32,000 bases of DNA from Desulfotalea psychrophila LSv54 (GTDB taxonomy: Bacteria; Desulfobacterota; Desulfobulbia; Desulfobulbales; Desulfocapsaceae): positions 1,260,001 to 1,292,000 of the forward strand of contig NC_006138.1 of assembly GCF_000025945.1 (NCBI RefSeq), given 5' to 3'. The notes beneath the pieces are model-generated. The model was not told the DNA's origin. It saw nothing but the letters and a program-made list of their open reading frames with translations, and did not search any database. This document shows, piece by piece, positions 31,230 through 32,000 of the stretch; within the stretch, counting starts at the first letter, position 1; every line of letters starts with the position of its first letter. The position numbers and the translations under genes are program-made.

Positions 31230-31994
31230 ATGAGACTGGCAGAATTAGCTGAGAAGTATGGGATTGATCCTCTCCACCTTCCTGCTCATATTGCAATTAT
31301 TATGGATGGAAATGGACGTTGGGCTCAGGCTCGTAAACGTCCACGTCTCTTTGGACATAAGGCAGGGGCTGATTCGGTTGAGGAGATTGTCTCAATCTGT
31401 TGCCAACTCGGTATCCCGGCACTTACCCTCTATGCCTTCTCTTCTGAAAATTGGAAGAGACCGAAAGCAGAGGTGAGTGGCCTTATGTCTATCCTGCAGA
31501 AATATCTTCGGGCAGAGTTGCCCAAGATGCAAAAGAATAATATTCGTCTCCACTGTATCGGCGATATTGAGCGTCTGCCATCTGCTGTACGCGATACCCT
31601 GCTCCAGGTAATGGGCGAGACTGCAAAAAATACGGGGATGATACTCTCACTGGCCCTCAGTTATGGGGGGCGGGATGAGATCTGTCGTGCCATAAAAAAA
31701 ATCTCTGCTGAATGTGTCGCAGGTGATCTTGAGGAGACGGATATCACTCCAGATCTTCTCTCCGACTATCTTGACACCGCTATCTTGCCGGAACCAGATC
31801 TGTTGATACGGACGGGCGGTGAGTCTCGGCTTTCCAATTTTCTTCTCTGGCAACTCTCCTATGCAGAGTTGTACTTCACAGATATTATGTGGCCAGAATT
31901 TCGTACAGAACAGCTGGCAACTGCTATTGCCAGCTTTCAGGAACGTGAACGCCGTTTTGGCAAAATTGGTGCACAGTTAAATAAGAATAAATAG
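31230..31994 (+). CDS. uppS: Isoprenyl (undecaprenyl) diphosphate synthase
   Basis: HIAIIMDGNGRWAQARKRPRLFGHKAGADSVEEIV...TLYAFSSENWKRP...LLIRTGGESRLSNFLLWQLSYAELYFTDIMWPEF. GGAG (31221-31224) precedes ATG 31230; the 31209 ATG has only a T-run upstream. Confidence 0.95.
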   Translation: MRLAELAEKYGIDPLHLPAHIAIIMDGNGRWAQARKRPRLFGHKAGADSVEEIVSICCQLGIPALTLYAFSSENWKRPKAEVSGLMSILQKYLRAELPKMQKNNIRLHCIGDIERLPSAVRDTLLQVMGETAKNTGMILSLALSYGGRDEICRAIKKISAECVAGDLEETDITPDLLSDYLDTAILPEPDLLIRTGGESRLSNFLLWQLSYAELYFTDIMWPEFRTEQLATAIASFQERERRFGKIGAQLNKNK

Positions 31995-32000
31995 GAAAAG

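Noticed and set aside
1-32000. Search for CRISPR arrays, tRNA/rRNA genes, transposases, toxin-antitoxin, defence or biosynthetic genes
   Set aside because: Every sizeable coding stretch is accounted for by housekeeping genes and intergenic gaps are at most about 430 nt; no tandem spaced repeats or tRNA-like sequences were noticed by eye, though no covariance-model scan could be run.

Overview
The window is one long, essentially all-plus-strand housekeeping cluster: rpoB (5'-truncated)-rpoC-rpsL-rpsG-fusA-tuf-rpsJ-rplC-rplD-rplW-rplB-rpsS-rplV-rpsC-rplP-rpmC-rpsQ-rplN-rplX-rplE-rpsN-rpsH-rplF-rplR-rpsE-rpmD-rplO-secY-map-infA-rpmJ-rpsM-rpsK-rpsD-rpoA-rplQ, then a strong terminator and rpsB-tsf-pyrH-frr-uppS. 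Gene order and protein character suggest a deltaproteobacterial (Desulfobulbales/Desulfotalea-like) chromosome; this is inference only. I see no mobile element, CRISPR array, defence system, RNA gene or accessory island, and no convincing novel multi-gene system. Worth a second look: (1) three essential ribosomal protein genes are disrupted as written. rpsH has two single-base insertions 8 nt apart, rplF has an in-frame TAG with a local 3-nt excess, and rpsB has a +1 insertion. The pattern looks more like sequence error than biology. (2) Several long perfect inverted repeats lie between genes, notably a 14-bp one between rpsM and rpsK that overlaps an SD-like motif and a possible 8-codon ORF, two mutually exclusive hairpins plus a terminator-like stem between rpsB and tsf, and a textbook terminator between tsf and pyrH. 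(3) The EF-G encoded in the str cluster lacks the usual SGGxGQ(Y/F)G motif.
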